Source of the DNA: Seison nebaliae
Taxonomy: Eukaryota
NCBI GenBank assembly: GCA_023231475.1
Contig: JALJEE010001529.1
Coordinates: 1-45,750, forward strand
Direction of reading: 5' to 3'
DNA: 45,750 nt
The position numbers and the translations under genes were made by a program. The notes below the pieces were generated by a model, which saw only the letters and a list, made by a program, of their open reading frames with translations, was not told the origin of the DNA and did not search any database. Below, one piece after another: positions 1 through 12,200 of this stretch. Positions within the stretch are counted from its first letter, which is position 1. Each line of letters begins with the position of its first letter.

Positions 1-617
1 GTGACTAAATGAATGGCTGAAATGAAGGCTTTGGGAATGGCGATTAGAGACAAGCAGCTAGCGAAGATTTGAATGAGAGTAACTGGTCCAAAGAAAGTTT
101 GAATGGTACCCCACGAATAGAAATGATTAAGGTAGAGGAAAGAGTAAAATAATTCATTGCCAGCACACATGAAGAAGAGGAAATATCTCGAAGTATAATA
201 AAGTCGAAGAACTGGATTGGCTGTTAAATCGATGCTCTTATGAGATTCATTACCGCGAATGGCCGCTGAATATTGGTGGAGCCAATGTGATGCAATATCG
301 AGAGCGGCAGTCAATTGAATGACAAACATCCATTTCGGATAAATGCTACAAAGATACATCGAGAGACATAATGTCGCACAACGATCTGTTAACATATCCA
401 GCATAGCACCGAAACGTGTGCCTTGTTGGAAATATCTGGCTGCATATCCATCGATTGAATCCAAAAATCCACTCACTAAATAGAAGGTGATGGCAAGATC
501 CGGACTGTGACTCATGAAATAGAAAGATACAAATAAGAGTATGATTCGGAGGAATCCAATCAAATTTGGAACATACAAGAAGATGTTCTTACTTCCATCG
601 GTATTCTTATTCGGCAT
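1..617 (-). CDS. CDIPT: CDP-diacylglycerol--inositol 3-phosphatidyltransferase (phosphatidylinositol synthase); 3' end runs off the window
   Basis: Read by hand on the minus strand from ATG at 617: MPNKNTDGSKNIFLYVPNLIGFLRII...LDSIDGYAARYFQQGTRFGAMLDMLTDR...DIASHWLH...ESHK...LRLYY...CAGNELFY. It contains the CDP-alcohol phosphotransferase motif DxxDGxxARxxxxxxxxGxxLDxxxD and PIS-typical SHW and GNELF motifs. No intron in the visible part. Confidence 0.95.
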   Translation of the reverse strand, partial: MPNKNTDGSKNIFLYVPNLIGFLRIILLFVSFYFMSHSPDLAITFYLVSGFLDSIDGYAARYFQQGTRFGAMLDMLTDRCATLCLSMYLCSIYPKWMFVIQLTAALDIASHWLHQYSAAIRGNESHKSIDLTANPVLRLYYTSRYFLFFMCAGNELFYSFLYLNHFYSWGTIQTFFGPVTLIQIFASCLSLIAIPKAFISAIHLV

Positions 618-2999
618 TTTTAAAATAATCTACTATGAAAAAGAATGACTGAAATATTTGAAATGTTTCTAATTTGGAAAAAGAAAAAAGGAAATTAAAA
701 AAAGATATTTCGAAAAAGCAGGTCAATGATCAGTATGGTTGAATGACGAGATTATTGAATATATCTTTCTCGCTGACAAACATGACGAGGATTGGTTCAT
801 TTTTCTTTTTTATTCGATCTATCTCTCAAAATTTAATCATTCAACAATTCATCAGGTCAATTCTATACATCGATTTCGGTCAATGAAAAGTAAGCTTTCC
901 CTACTGCGTAACATGGAGAGAAAAAATAGATTTCTATAAAAAATTATAAAAGTAAAAATTACATATTAATTTATCATATACATGAAACAAAATCTGCATT
1001 GGAGAAATACAATGTGAAATTTGAATGTAAATAAACGACCCGTTCAACGCTCCATTAAAGTCTCCTTTTTAAATAACCGAGAAATATTGTTGTTTTCGAA
1101 TAATTATTGTTTTGTTTCTCTTACCCTCAATATCTCCAAAACGACATATAATCAGTGTCGATTTACTTATTATTATTCGTAAGAAAATGAAATTTTTTTT
1201 TCCGAAAAATACTTCCCCCATACAAAACGGATATAAGACTGATGTGGGTGAGTGTTGGAGCATGTTTATTTTTCTTTGACCTCTCTCTTCTTTCACACAC
1301 ATCGATTTCCATGTTATTTAGCACATACACAATAACGTTATATCAAATGCAGAAATATTTATTTCGTTATCTTCTCATTATGTAATTAGGAAAGAATACG
1401 AATAATTTACTTCTTTTCTATATGTTCCTTCCGGAAAGTTTCGCTCGAATTTCTCATTCTAAACTAATTCTCTCTAGTCGCAGTTATCTCATTAATTAGA
1501 AGAGAATTATATTAGATAATTGAACAAATTCTATGAGGAACAAATAATTGTAAATATTTTTTATTTTCTTATTCCTCTAATTCCTTTCAATTTCCTTGTA
1601 TATCCTGTACGTAATGGAATCCTGTTAAAAACACATTCGATCTGACAATCCTAACTGTACAACATTCAATTTAATTTCATCGAGAAATGGTAAGCAGAAG
1701 ATGATTTGCTTGTAATAAAATTATCCATAAAAATTCACATATAATGGAAATTCTGTTCGTACGTTTCTCTACCTCACATTAAAACTTTTAAATGATTCAG
1801 ATACTTTCTTTTTGAATCGGACCCATGAATAAAAACATACTAATCCATATGTCGTAGATTGATACGAATGAGGATTTGATAATTGTAGAATGAAAGGATA
1901 TTTTCGTGTTGACTGGTAAATTATGGGAAAGTTATTTCTTATAAAATATCTTATAATCTTTTTAAATAATTATCTTCATTTCCAATATTTTTGATTTTTT
2001 ATGTTACGTATAACTCATAAGTTATGAATTCTTTATTATTTGAGTCATAACTTATGAAAGTGATGTTGGAAACTTCATTTCCCATAACTTTCAACAAGTG
2101 GTGAAAATTCCCGTTTGCACATTGTGTGATGAATTCCAATTCATATAAAAATATGGAACCTTAAGTTTCTTGTATGCTTAGATGGTTAGATACACTTCCT
2201 GGATGGTTTTTCTAAGGCACCTACATCTTTTTTTCTCAAGTTTCTGACAATTAGTTTTTTTTGAAAGCGATATTTAATTCTTTGCTTTTACATATTATTC
2301 GTACATAACGAAGAAACATAATTTCTGACAGAAAACTAATTAAATCATGTATTTTTGATTCATCAAGACTCAGAAAATGTTCATATTTGTCAGCAGTCAC
2401 CTAGCTGTAAGCTACTAAAGAGCATATATTTTTAAATCATCAGTATGATGTGCTGGGTAATTGTCAACATAATAATAATATCGTAATAATAAAGAATCGG
2501 ACAAAATTATGCTCGACATACAGAAAGGAAATTCTGTCTGCTTAGTTTGAACAAAGATATATGATAGATACGAAATGATAGACAAAACAGAAAGGATTGT
2601 TCAATTTTTAAATAATAAATAGTCTATATACAATTTTGATAATAAATAATAATAATAATAAAATAATATTATAAATTTGATGATTGAATTAAACAATTAT
2701 TTTTTTCATTCATTCTGCAAATTTTCACAGCGCAGCGGGATACTTACTGGGTTTATAACTGAATTATATTTTATAAAATTGATTTCAAATTGATCGTGTA
2801 AAAATTGTGCTAAAAATTCGCACAAACCAACATAGGCAATATTCTAAAGACTACAAAATATTTAATTTCCGTTAATAAACGACGTAATAATAATTAGTTC
2901 GAAAGAAAGTTTTGCCCAAATTTCTCATACGTGAGTTTATACGAATTTTCAACATTATTTTTTAGTAAAAATTTAGAAACAAAACCTATAAAATGTTTC

Positions 3000-3790
3000 T
3001 TCAAGAAACATTAGAGAAGAAACTTTCTTGTACGTTTATTCATAAAATTAAGAATGTCAACTCTACTAAATGAAATTTTAAACCAACGTTTGCGCGAATA
3101 ATTTGAAATCAATTAGCACGTTATTAAATATTTTACCATTCGACATTTAGACATTATTCTTCGATTTTGTGTATTGATAAATTCACAGTTTTATAAGATA
3201 ATTTTATCTTCACTGTGTTTCCATTCTCGATAAATAAATAAACCGGAAAATTATAGAGATATTTCGCTGTTGAGGGGAATAAACTCGTTAGAGTTGAAAC
3301 TGATCGTTATTTTTTTTTATTGTAAATGTAAATCCCTATATCTCCTATACCACATCTTACAAGTGCTTCCTGAATTACCCGTAACATAACATGTAAACTT
3401 TCCTTACTATTACTACATAACACCATATCATCCGCATATGCATAGAGAGCCGGATAACGCTTTCCATCAATAAAGAAAGAAAATCGATGATTAATTAAAT
3501 CAATAACCTCGTGTATGATTTTTCCGAATAACCAAGGAGCCAAAATAGAGCCTTGTCTTACACCTTTGTTAATACAAAACTCACTTCCGACCTCTTGGTT
3601 CACTTTCACTTGACCAAATGATATTATACTAAATAAAATGACATTTGCAAAATATGCAAATTATCATTTGCTTGAAAATAAAATGTTTTCTAATCGTTGC
3701 TTTATGATGGCTTCGATCAGCTTTATCATTCCACTCGAAATAGATATTGGACGGTACGAATTTACGTCGCACGAGTCCTTACTGCCACTT
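3000..3790 (-). mobile_element. Degraded non-LTR retrotransposon (LINE) reverse transcriptase relic
   Basis: SYRPISISSGMIKLIEAII (RT domain 1) at about 3700-3765; KGVRQGSILAPWLF (domain 4) and YAYADDMVL (YADD) in ORF 3307-3609. Stops and frameshifts follow downstream. Boundaries approximate. Confidence 0.85.
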
Positions 3791-4525
3791 ACAGAAGAAA
3801 AACTGAAAAAGTAAATGAGGAGAAGATACTTGAGGCATTGGAAGAAACAGAGAATAGTGAAGCATCTATAAATTCCCACATTGTCCCAGTTGACGGTAAC
3901 GTATATTTTTCAACCAAGTAAAATTTCTTAGACAGTGCAAAAAAGCACTTTTCGAAATATGCTCAATAATTACGTAATTAAAGGACATTTTTAAAAAAAT
4001 TTTTTATATTCTGTATCGAGTTTTCATGCTGAAACCGAATATTTTACTTAAATTGACCAATTGTTAAAATTAGTTGACCTAAAATATGATTTTCGATTTT
4101 CAGTAGAGAGAAAAATGAAGTTTGTTAATTAATGGATTATTTGAGACCGAATTTTACATTTATTTTTTCGAAAGTTAGGACTATTAGAAAGAGCTTGAAT
4201 AGGGCTATCTAACGATATGCTCCTGATATAATGTTTTGAAGAAAGTTATAAGTATTAAAAAAAGAAACGTCGAATTTTGTCCGATTACTTTTGAATAGTG
4301 CTGTATAATACAATAACATGAAGTTTACAAGAACTGAAACATATTTGGACCTTATTCGAAAATTAGCTGAAAACTTCATCAAAGTCATCGACTGGTATGA
4401 ACGAGAGATATGAAACTTTCTTAATCTCCATGGTTAAATCTTTATCTGTTGATTTTTGCCGATATCTGAGTTTACCCACATGTCGCACCACCACGCATGT
4501 CGCATAATTATATATTATTTTCATA

Positions 4526-4752
4526 TTTTTTTTTTTTTTTTTTTTTTTTTAAGTGAAATTCCCGTCGGGATAAATTTTCTGATCGATCTCCTCTACGGTC
4601 AGTGGTAGGAGATCTCTACGTAGCGTGAGACGTATGTCACATCGTTGTGGCGTTGGGAACGTGCATAAACCACTGTGTTACGCACGCCCCAATATGACTC
4701 TATCGAGCTGCAGGGTAGGTTATTTCGCAAAAATGCGTGGAACGTGCGTATA
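4526..4752 (-). mobile_element. GC-rich structured element with poly(A) tail (SINE-like, retroposed RNA, or LINE 3' UTR)
   Basis: 25-nt T run at 4526-4550 (poly(A) on the minus strand) directly abutting an about 200-nt island that is much more GC-rich than its flanks and contains several hairpins. No clear target-site duplication found. Confidence 0.5.
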
Positions 4753-7700
4753 TTACAATAAAAAAATTTCATTTCGTATAAAATTATTTTTCCCCGTTTC
4801 TTAATTTATTCGCAGAAATATTACTCTAGTAGCATTTTATCCGTTAAAATAGGAAAAGATTTCGAAAAAAATGTTCCTTCGCCGTTCCATTTTTTCCCCT
4901 TTTTTCCTTCCCTTTGTTTTCCCCTTCGTAAAATGGGTATGTATAGCTCGCGAAGGAAAATATCTGGAATTATTTCATTTATTAAAAGTGAGGCAAACTA
5001 AAACCATTTTTCTTCGCAGTTCGTTGCTCCATCACTAATATGAATATGAATATAATGGCATCAGAAGAGAAAAGTTCTAAAAGACTTGTGATTGGGGGCA
5101 AACTGAGAGCAGATTATTCGATTGATGTCTCATTCTTATCCTCATTGACGACGTGAACAGTCTTCACAGTTTCTCTAACTTCGATATTACTACTCATATT
5201 CCGGAATATTTAAGAGATGAAATTCTCATTGGAACAAAATTAATCATTGATAACATGGGCAGTGATCTATTTCATTTTTTTTAAATTTATCCCTAGGGGA
5301 TTTGACTTTATCATAAATTTTAAAACCATAAGTTTTCAAATAATAAAAATAAAGAACTTTTTTAAAGAGAATATAATAATAAAGAAGCTAAATTTTCTTT
5401 TATTAGTAAAACTGACTTATCGTTCTAAAGATGCAATTAAAAGTTTTTATTTTAAATCACACTTTCTTAATTTACAGATGTTACGTAAGGAACTATAATT
5501 AAAAGTAATTTCAAACAAGACAAGAATTTAACGATCATACTTTTAGGGATCATTTCTATAGTATGTATTGTTCTAACCTTTTTTAAAGGTGATCTTTAGT
5601 TCAATCCATGATGATGAGCTATGGGACAATTTCCGAAACGTGATTAGCAAATTTATCATTTATTGATATTTGCGTAATGATCAGCTCGGTTTAGCTTTCT
5701 TTAAATTGAGTGGAAGTTGTTCGTTCAGAGTGGATATTTAAAATTAATTAAACTTTCTTATAAAATATTTGGGATAAATAATTATAAATGTTATTATCAA
5801 ATTCGGGTTAATAAATGATATTTCGGGTTAAATCATTCAAGTTAAAAGAATTTAATCACTAAATAGTCTTAAGGGACATAATAAATGTACTATTTTGAAT
5901 AACATTCTGTAATTGCATTTTATTCTTGAAGTCCTTAAATCAATGAGGTCTTCAGAAAAACCTTTGATACGTTTACCTAACAATTCAGTAGATCAACCTA
6001 CTACAGAGTAAATTCGGATATTTGTAAATCAAAAATGGTTACACTTTTGTAATATTTCATAAAGAAGTTGGTTGTTGGTTTGAAAAAGTTCGAAATTAAT
6101 GTTTCGGGTGGTGGATTTTTATGTAATATTTTTATTGTTTGTTATTAAGGAATGTCTTCAACCATGTAGTTTATACTATACCATACAAAATTATTCGAAT
6201 AAAATAATATATCTCACAACATATTTTCGTTGAATGAGGAAATAAATAACTACAATAATTCACAACTATTTTGCAAGAATTGGGGATTGATTAAAGAAAG
6301 GAATAGGATTACAATAGAATGGATAATTGATAGCAATGAATGAAAATAATTAACGATTGTGCCATCCGACCTAAATGGAACGATCTCAATTGCTAATTGA
6401 TGAAGGTTTTTCCCATACGAATCGAATTGGCAGTCTAAGGTCTTCCGACATATGAATTTCTTTCTATCTCGTCTAATCTGATTAGCAGTTCTCGGTTTCA
6501 TCTCTATCTGTAAATTTTCTTTCTTCGAATTCATTTTTTTCAAATCTAGAAATGATTTCTTTGTAAAATTCGTCCTAAATGTTTGTGTCGATTTCTTCTC
6601 GATGAACTGCTCCATTCAATTGAGGACTGGGATGCACAACATCTACATGTCATTCACTTCAGTTGTTTAGCATATGAAAAGAATGACAATTAGCATCTTT
6701 TTCTTCAAATTCACTTGTAGAAGAATAGCGAAACTAACTGTTCGTCGTTCGTTCCATTTATGACTATCTCGTCTGATTTATTAGTTGAAACTTATTCGTA
6801 TTCGGGAAATTTTGGTGGTTGATTCTCTCAAATATTGATCATTCTTCTTTAATATTTTTCGTTAGCCGAATCCGTCTTTTCTTTATGTTCAATTTCGTTC
6901 GATGAATTATCATAATAAATGGAGAAATGTTTCACAATGACAGATGGTGAGTGGAATGGAGGAATAAATCAACCACAAATTTCGGCATATTTTCTCGCAT
7001 AAATCGAGCAATTCACATTTATTAGTGTACAAATAAATAATGGAAGTCATATGTCCGCAACATAAATTTTCCCATGTTCCTCTCCTAACTTCATTGTAGA
7101 TCGTAGATATGTTATCCGAAAAATGTTAAAGAAATTAGTGGAAATAACCAACTTTATTATGGTCAGTAATTAGGATTTTCACTCTGAACAATAGATAAGA
7201 AAGAAAGAGACTAAAAGTACATTAGCGAGAAGATTGATAAATGTTATATAGATGAAATAATGAAAGGTTATTATTCGTTGGCGAGACAATCGAGAACGAC
7301 GTAAAGTAAAATATCATCGAATTCTTACAGTCGGTTGACTCATGTAAATTCGTCTGATTCCTTCTTTGGTTAGTGATGGAGGGTATAAGATTCGAAATTA
7401 TCATTTGACATCTTTCGATATTGGGATAAGAAATTTATGTTTCTAAAGAAAGTATCTCGTTTTTCCTTTGTGAAGCAAAATATTTTTTGATATCCGATAT
7501 CCTAATAAGTAAGTGCAACTCATTTACTAATGAAGGAACAATTGAGAGATTGTTAAGTTAAATCGAAACCTCATCGAATGAGGAAGATGAACGATATTCA
7601 TTTCATGTTGTATCATTTGATAATATCTCTTTCTTTTGTTTGACTTGGGAATGATTTGATTGAATGAAACAATTGAATTAAGATGAACGCGTCAAGTTTA

Positions 7701-9278
7701 AGGATAGGAATGCACAGTAACAGCTATCGGTGGATATGAGGAACGAGGGCAGATTTTAATAAGAATTATGTTGAACTATCTATTAAAAATTTTAGAGAGA
7801 TTTGTTCATTTTCTCTCATGTGTGACAGCGATGTCGGTTGATGTGGCGGTGAAAATTATAATTAATTTTTTTTACAAATCATTTTCATTATCGGGAGACG
7901 ACATTATCAGAGGAAAAAGATGATATAGAATTGTTGATGTAAATCAACCAGAAAACTTTTTGATTTCGTTATGTCATTTCAACATCATCGTCATTTCATC
8001 TGTCGTCAAATGAAATAGTTTCGTATGATCACTTCACAAGTGTGCTAACATATGTGGAAGAGAATTTATCGTATTGAATGAAAATGGGGAAGTTCCGACA
8101 CTTTCCTGGCATGAGAACTACTTAAACATCATTCATACAATTAACGAACGACAACATCGAAAGGCACTCGACATATAGACATTCCAATGCATTCAAATGC
8201 ATTACCATATTTCAGACAGATACATGTATCATATAACTTCGACAATCGGTTGGAAGATTACTCTCTAGAAAACTAATACGATAAAAAAATCATTTCCAAC
8301 GAGAATACAACTTGTCATATTATCATTAACATTCTACTCTCTAACATTTATGTACAATCTCTCAACAGCGACAACACCCAAACGATATTTAACTCCCTTC
8401 CTCTTTTGCCAATAAAGTATTTGAAGAAAAAATATATCGACTCTCGAGTTGTAGGTGAATATGTGACCCCATAAAATTATGATTCCGAACTATCGTTCTG
8501 TTTATGTACTTCAAGTAACCATAGTCATGATTATATAATCATCCGTTCATAATCATTCTGTTCGTCGATTATTAGGATTTGGTGAGTACATCCGTTTCCT
8601 CCAATAACAGCATAAGCATCCAGATCCATGAGAATAGGAAATTATTCTCAAATATCATGAGATTAGCAAATCTTCGTCGATGGAGATAATGTGAATCAAT
8701 TCGTGCCTTACATTAACTTACAGTAATTATTAGTACATGGTGATTCATAATCACGTATTCACCCGAAAAACTTCATTCATAAAAGTATAATTATCAATTA
8801 GAAATGGAGGAAGTAGTTCCCATTCGTACTTTTTCCTGTTCATTAGTGAATTCTCTTACAGTAATTCTCACAATTATTGTTGGATTTCACTCCCAATCAA
8901 TCTTTTTTTAATCAATTTCATTTTTATTATCGTTCATAACGATCAAGCTTGTTTTGTTAGCATGCTTCATTTATCCAATTCTGTACCAACAATGTTAATA
9001 TCAATATGATAACCGGAAATGTATTATTAAGAACACCTTAATTTTCATTTTCTGTGATTCTAACAAGACTTTTCATCTTCAATTACTTTGATAAATGAAA
9101 TTCTGATTTTACTATTATATCCGTTTGATATTCCTCATAAAAGACATATTTTTTCTATCTTTTCTTCTTGTTAGTTTTAACTTTTTATTCATCTTCATTT
9201 TTCTCATAATAAATTTTAAACTATTTTTCCAATATCAGATAATATTCATAAAATAGATTCATCGAATTTCAAATCGGA

Positions 9279-12200
9279 ATGACTTCAATTGCGACCTTAA
9301 AATATAATCATGCATTCTATCACGATGATAATGAATCGCCATTAATTCGTTCGCCAAAAATGGTACGAGAATGTGTTATGAAAACATCACGTACTTATGA
9401 TGCGGATATTAAGCGAAGACTAGACAAGAAAACGAATAGTTTATGGACAAGAACTAAATTCTTTCCTACCAAGAGACGAAAGAAATATGAAGTGATTAAC
9501 ATGAAAAACGAAAATGATGAAACCGATAAACAAAAAATTGATGAAGATGACCTTGAGATGCGGCAAAGTATTAGCAACCAATCCGAACGACGTTTGCTGA
9601 ATTTGCACAGTGATGAAGATTTTCGAAATGGAATCCAATTCAATTGTAAGGTTGATATACAATTAATTAGTATGAGTCAGTTTTGTATTGTTTTAGGGAA
9701 GATATATACTTTCTTATCCGTAATACTTCCATCATTGTCAGTAGCACGTTATATAACATGAAACTTTTTCTTAATCTTTCATATTTTGATGCATACTTAC
9801 TAATTGTAAAGACATAATTAAATTTACTTCAATAAAGTAGGAGGAGTTCTAGCAACTACCTATCCATCTCCGACCAATATTATTATGAATACCTTCCAAC
9901 TTCCTTTTTGTTTTTCCCTAACTCCTTATTTAATATTTATGCTCATGATGAAGAATAATTAGATGATTCTGGGATAAATCTTCCGATGAAGAATGGAGTA
10001 AAAGTAAAAGAAAGAAAATTTGTATTTTCCTTTGTAGTCTATTCACCTATCGATAAGCCAAATGGAAACTTCATTTACCATTTTCTTTACGTTAGCAATT
10101 GCTGCAATTAGATGTTACCTAATTCATTATCTGTTATCAATCGTTCAGTCGACTCTAAAAAATTTAATTTGTACATTTACTTCCACTTTCGCTTGTGTCT
10201 TTCCATTGATGGATGAAGACGAAAGAAATTGAATTACCGGAGAATTTGCTTAACTTCTTTTTTCAATCTATGTTTTTCATTTTTCTTCTTTTCATTTACT
10301 TTCAAGAACAAGAGAAAGCCGGAGGAAAATTGTGTTTTAACAATTTGTTCGGAATATTTCTCTCCTTTCGTCAAATAGGTCACTCACGTTGCATGATGTA
10401 ATATGAGTTGACGGTTTATCTTTATCAACTTTGCTTCATTTAAAATATGTATCAATATCATTTCTTTCACGTATATATTCCTTGTATAATATCGTGTCGT
10501 TCGGCTTGCAAGAGTCTTGTTGATAGTTAAGTACCGACTGATGTTGTCATTGTTCTTCTCAGAAATAATGTTCTAATAATATCTAACGAACGAACTAATG
10601 AACTACTGTTAGACCAATAATTAAAAGTAAAGTAAAGATAATAATTAAAAGAAAGGATAACGGTGAAATAGTCGTTGTATGGAAGTTAATTCTTTAGGAG
10701 AAGTGAGAGGGGCATATTTGTTCATTTTTCATTCAATTCGAGAAAAAAATGGAAATTTCATGGAAACTCCAAATCTAATAAAGGAATGAAGAAGAGCCCT
10801 CTCAATCCAGATTTCTCTTATTGAAATCTCTTCCTTCATAAAAATATTTTGCTGTTGGGATTGACGAGTATTAGGGCGAATAAGCGAAAGAAATCCAATA
10901 GATTTATTTCATTTGTTGGTTTGGTCAATAAAATTAATCGAGGAACTTGCATACTTGGTAAATGGATTAATACAATGTGCATAGTTACAATTACAATTAC
11001 ACTAGTTATCGTCTACTAACTATTCGAGAAATGGTCGGTAACTGGCTGAAGAATACGATGTTGATTATTTGTGTTGAATGAATTTGATTTGTGATTATGT
11101 TTAAGGAAATGAGCGTGATTTAGTGTGAAGATATTATAGTATTAGAAAAATTTCCCATTTATCTAAATAAATAAATAGTAAACACTTTAATTCGACTTCA
11201 ATGTGTCCGTGTCAATGTGCTTATAATGCAACGATAATCAATGGGCAAATATGTAATATTGTACGTAAATTAATGTCGAATATGGGTGCGTGTGTGTATG
11301 TATGTTTATGCTGCTTCCGAATTTCTTATGTGCATCAAATCACTATTATCCGAATGATACATATCAAGGAAATTATTATCTATCAATCGCATATAATTTC
11401 ATGCAGAAAAGAACGTTTCTATCCTTTATTTGCATCATCATCGACATAGTGATTATTATTGTCCTACTTAATAGTATCATCTTTATAATGATTATTCGTT
11501 CAGGATCATTATTATTCTTAAACTGATCATCACCATCTGCTTCTTTTCCAAATTAGTGTTGTTCATGTTAAATTTATTCCAATCAGATTTTCTATTATTT
11601 TCTGTCCGAACTTATCCATCCGTAATATATCAATTAAAAAGACGAATGATCATTCATAATATTAAGCAATAAGAAAACTGTAGTTCTTTCAATCTATCGC
11701 CGCTCTATTTCATCATATCTTTTCGAGAAAAATAATCATAATAAAAGATTTTTCCTCTAAAGCGATTGCTATTGATTCGCATCAATTCAATTGCTTATAT
11801 GATCATATCGTTGGGAATTGTAGTATAAAAGCATCTTCGTTATAGAGGTGACAGGTGAAAATATCGCAGATATGGGAACTAGATTGAAGTCACGTAGTTC
11901 CACTTCTTCTATTGACAATCTCTCTTGTACTTTGTGCACGACTGATACGGTGCAGACTGATGACTGGTTAAAGACATCTAATCGAACGAATGAACAAACT
12001 ACTAATCAGCCCAATTCAACGAGTAACATTCATTCTTCAACTCTTCGACTGACATTGGAGAGAAATATGTATTTGCTCTCACTGAAATATGATAATTATC
12101 ATAATCAACATAAGTCCACTTTGAAGAAATCATGCACCTTTCAAACGTTTTTGCCTAATCGCATGAATTATGCCAAAGTATTCAAACGATTAATATCTCG

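Noticed and set aside
2015..2057. 13-bp inverted repeat TCATAAGTTATGA / TCATAACTTATGA, each half nearly palindromic
   Set aside because: Short and AT-rich with no associated element; cannot be separated from chance or a repeat remnant.
3930..4450. Possible MITE or DNA-transposon remnant
   Set aside because: Only a vague resemblance; no terminal inverted repeats or target-site duplication identified.
4571..4614. Sm-site-like AAUUUUCUG plus hairpin (snRNA), or CUGAUCGA hammerhead core, on the plus strand
   Set aside because: No match to U1-U12 or SL consensus, no GAAA after the putative stem II, and wobble pairs favour the minus strand.
6620..9270. Coding-looking fragments upstream of NOS1AP
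   Set aside because: Frames checked were interrupted by stops, with no consistent splice model or recognisable motif; treated as intergenic or regulatory.
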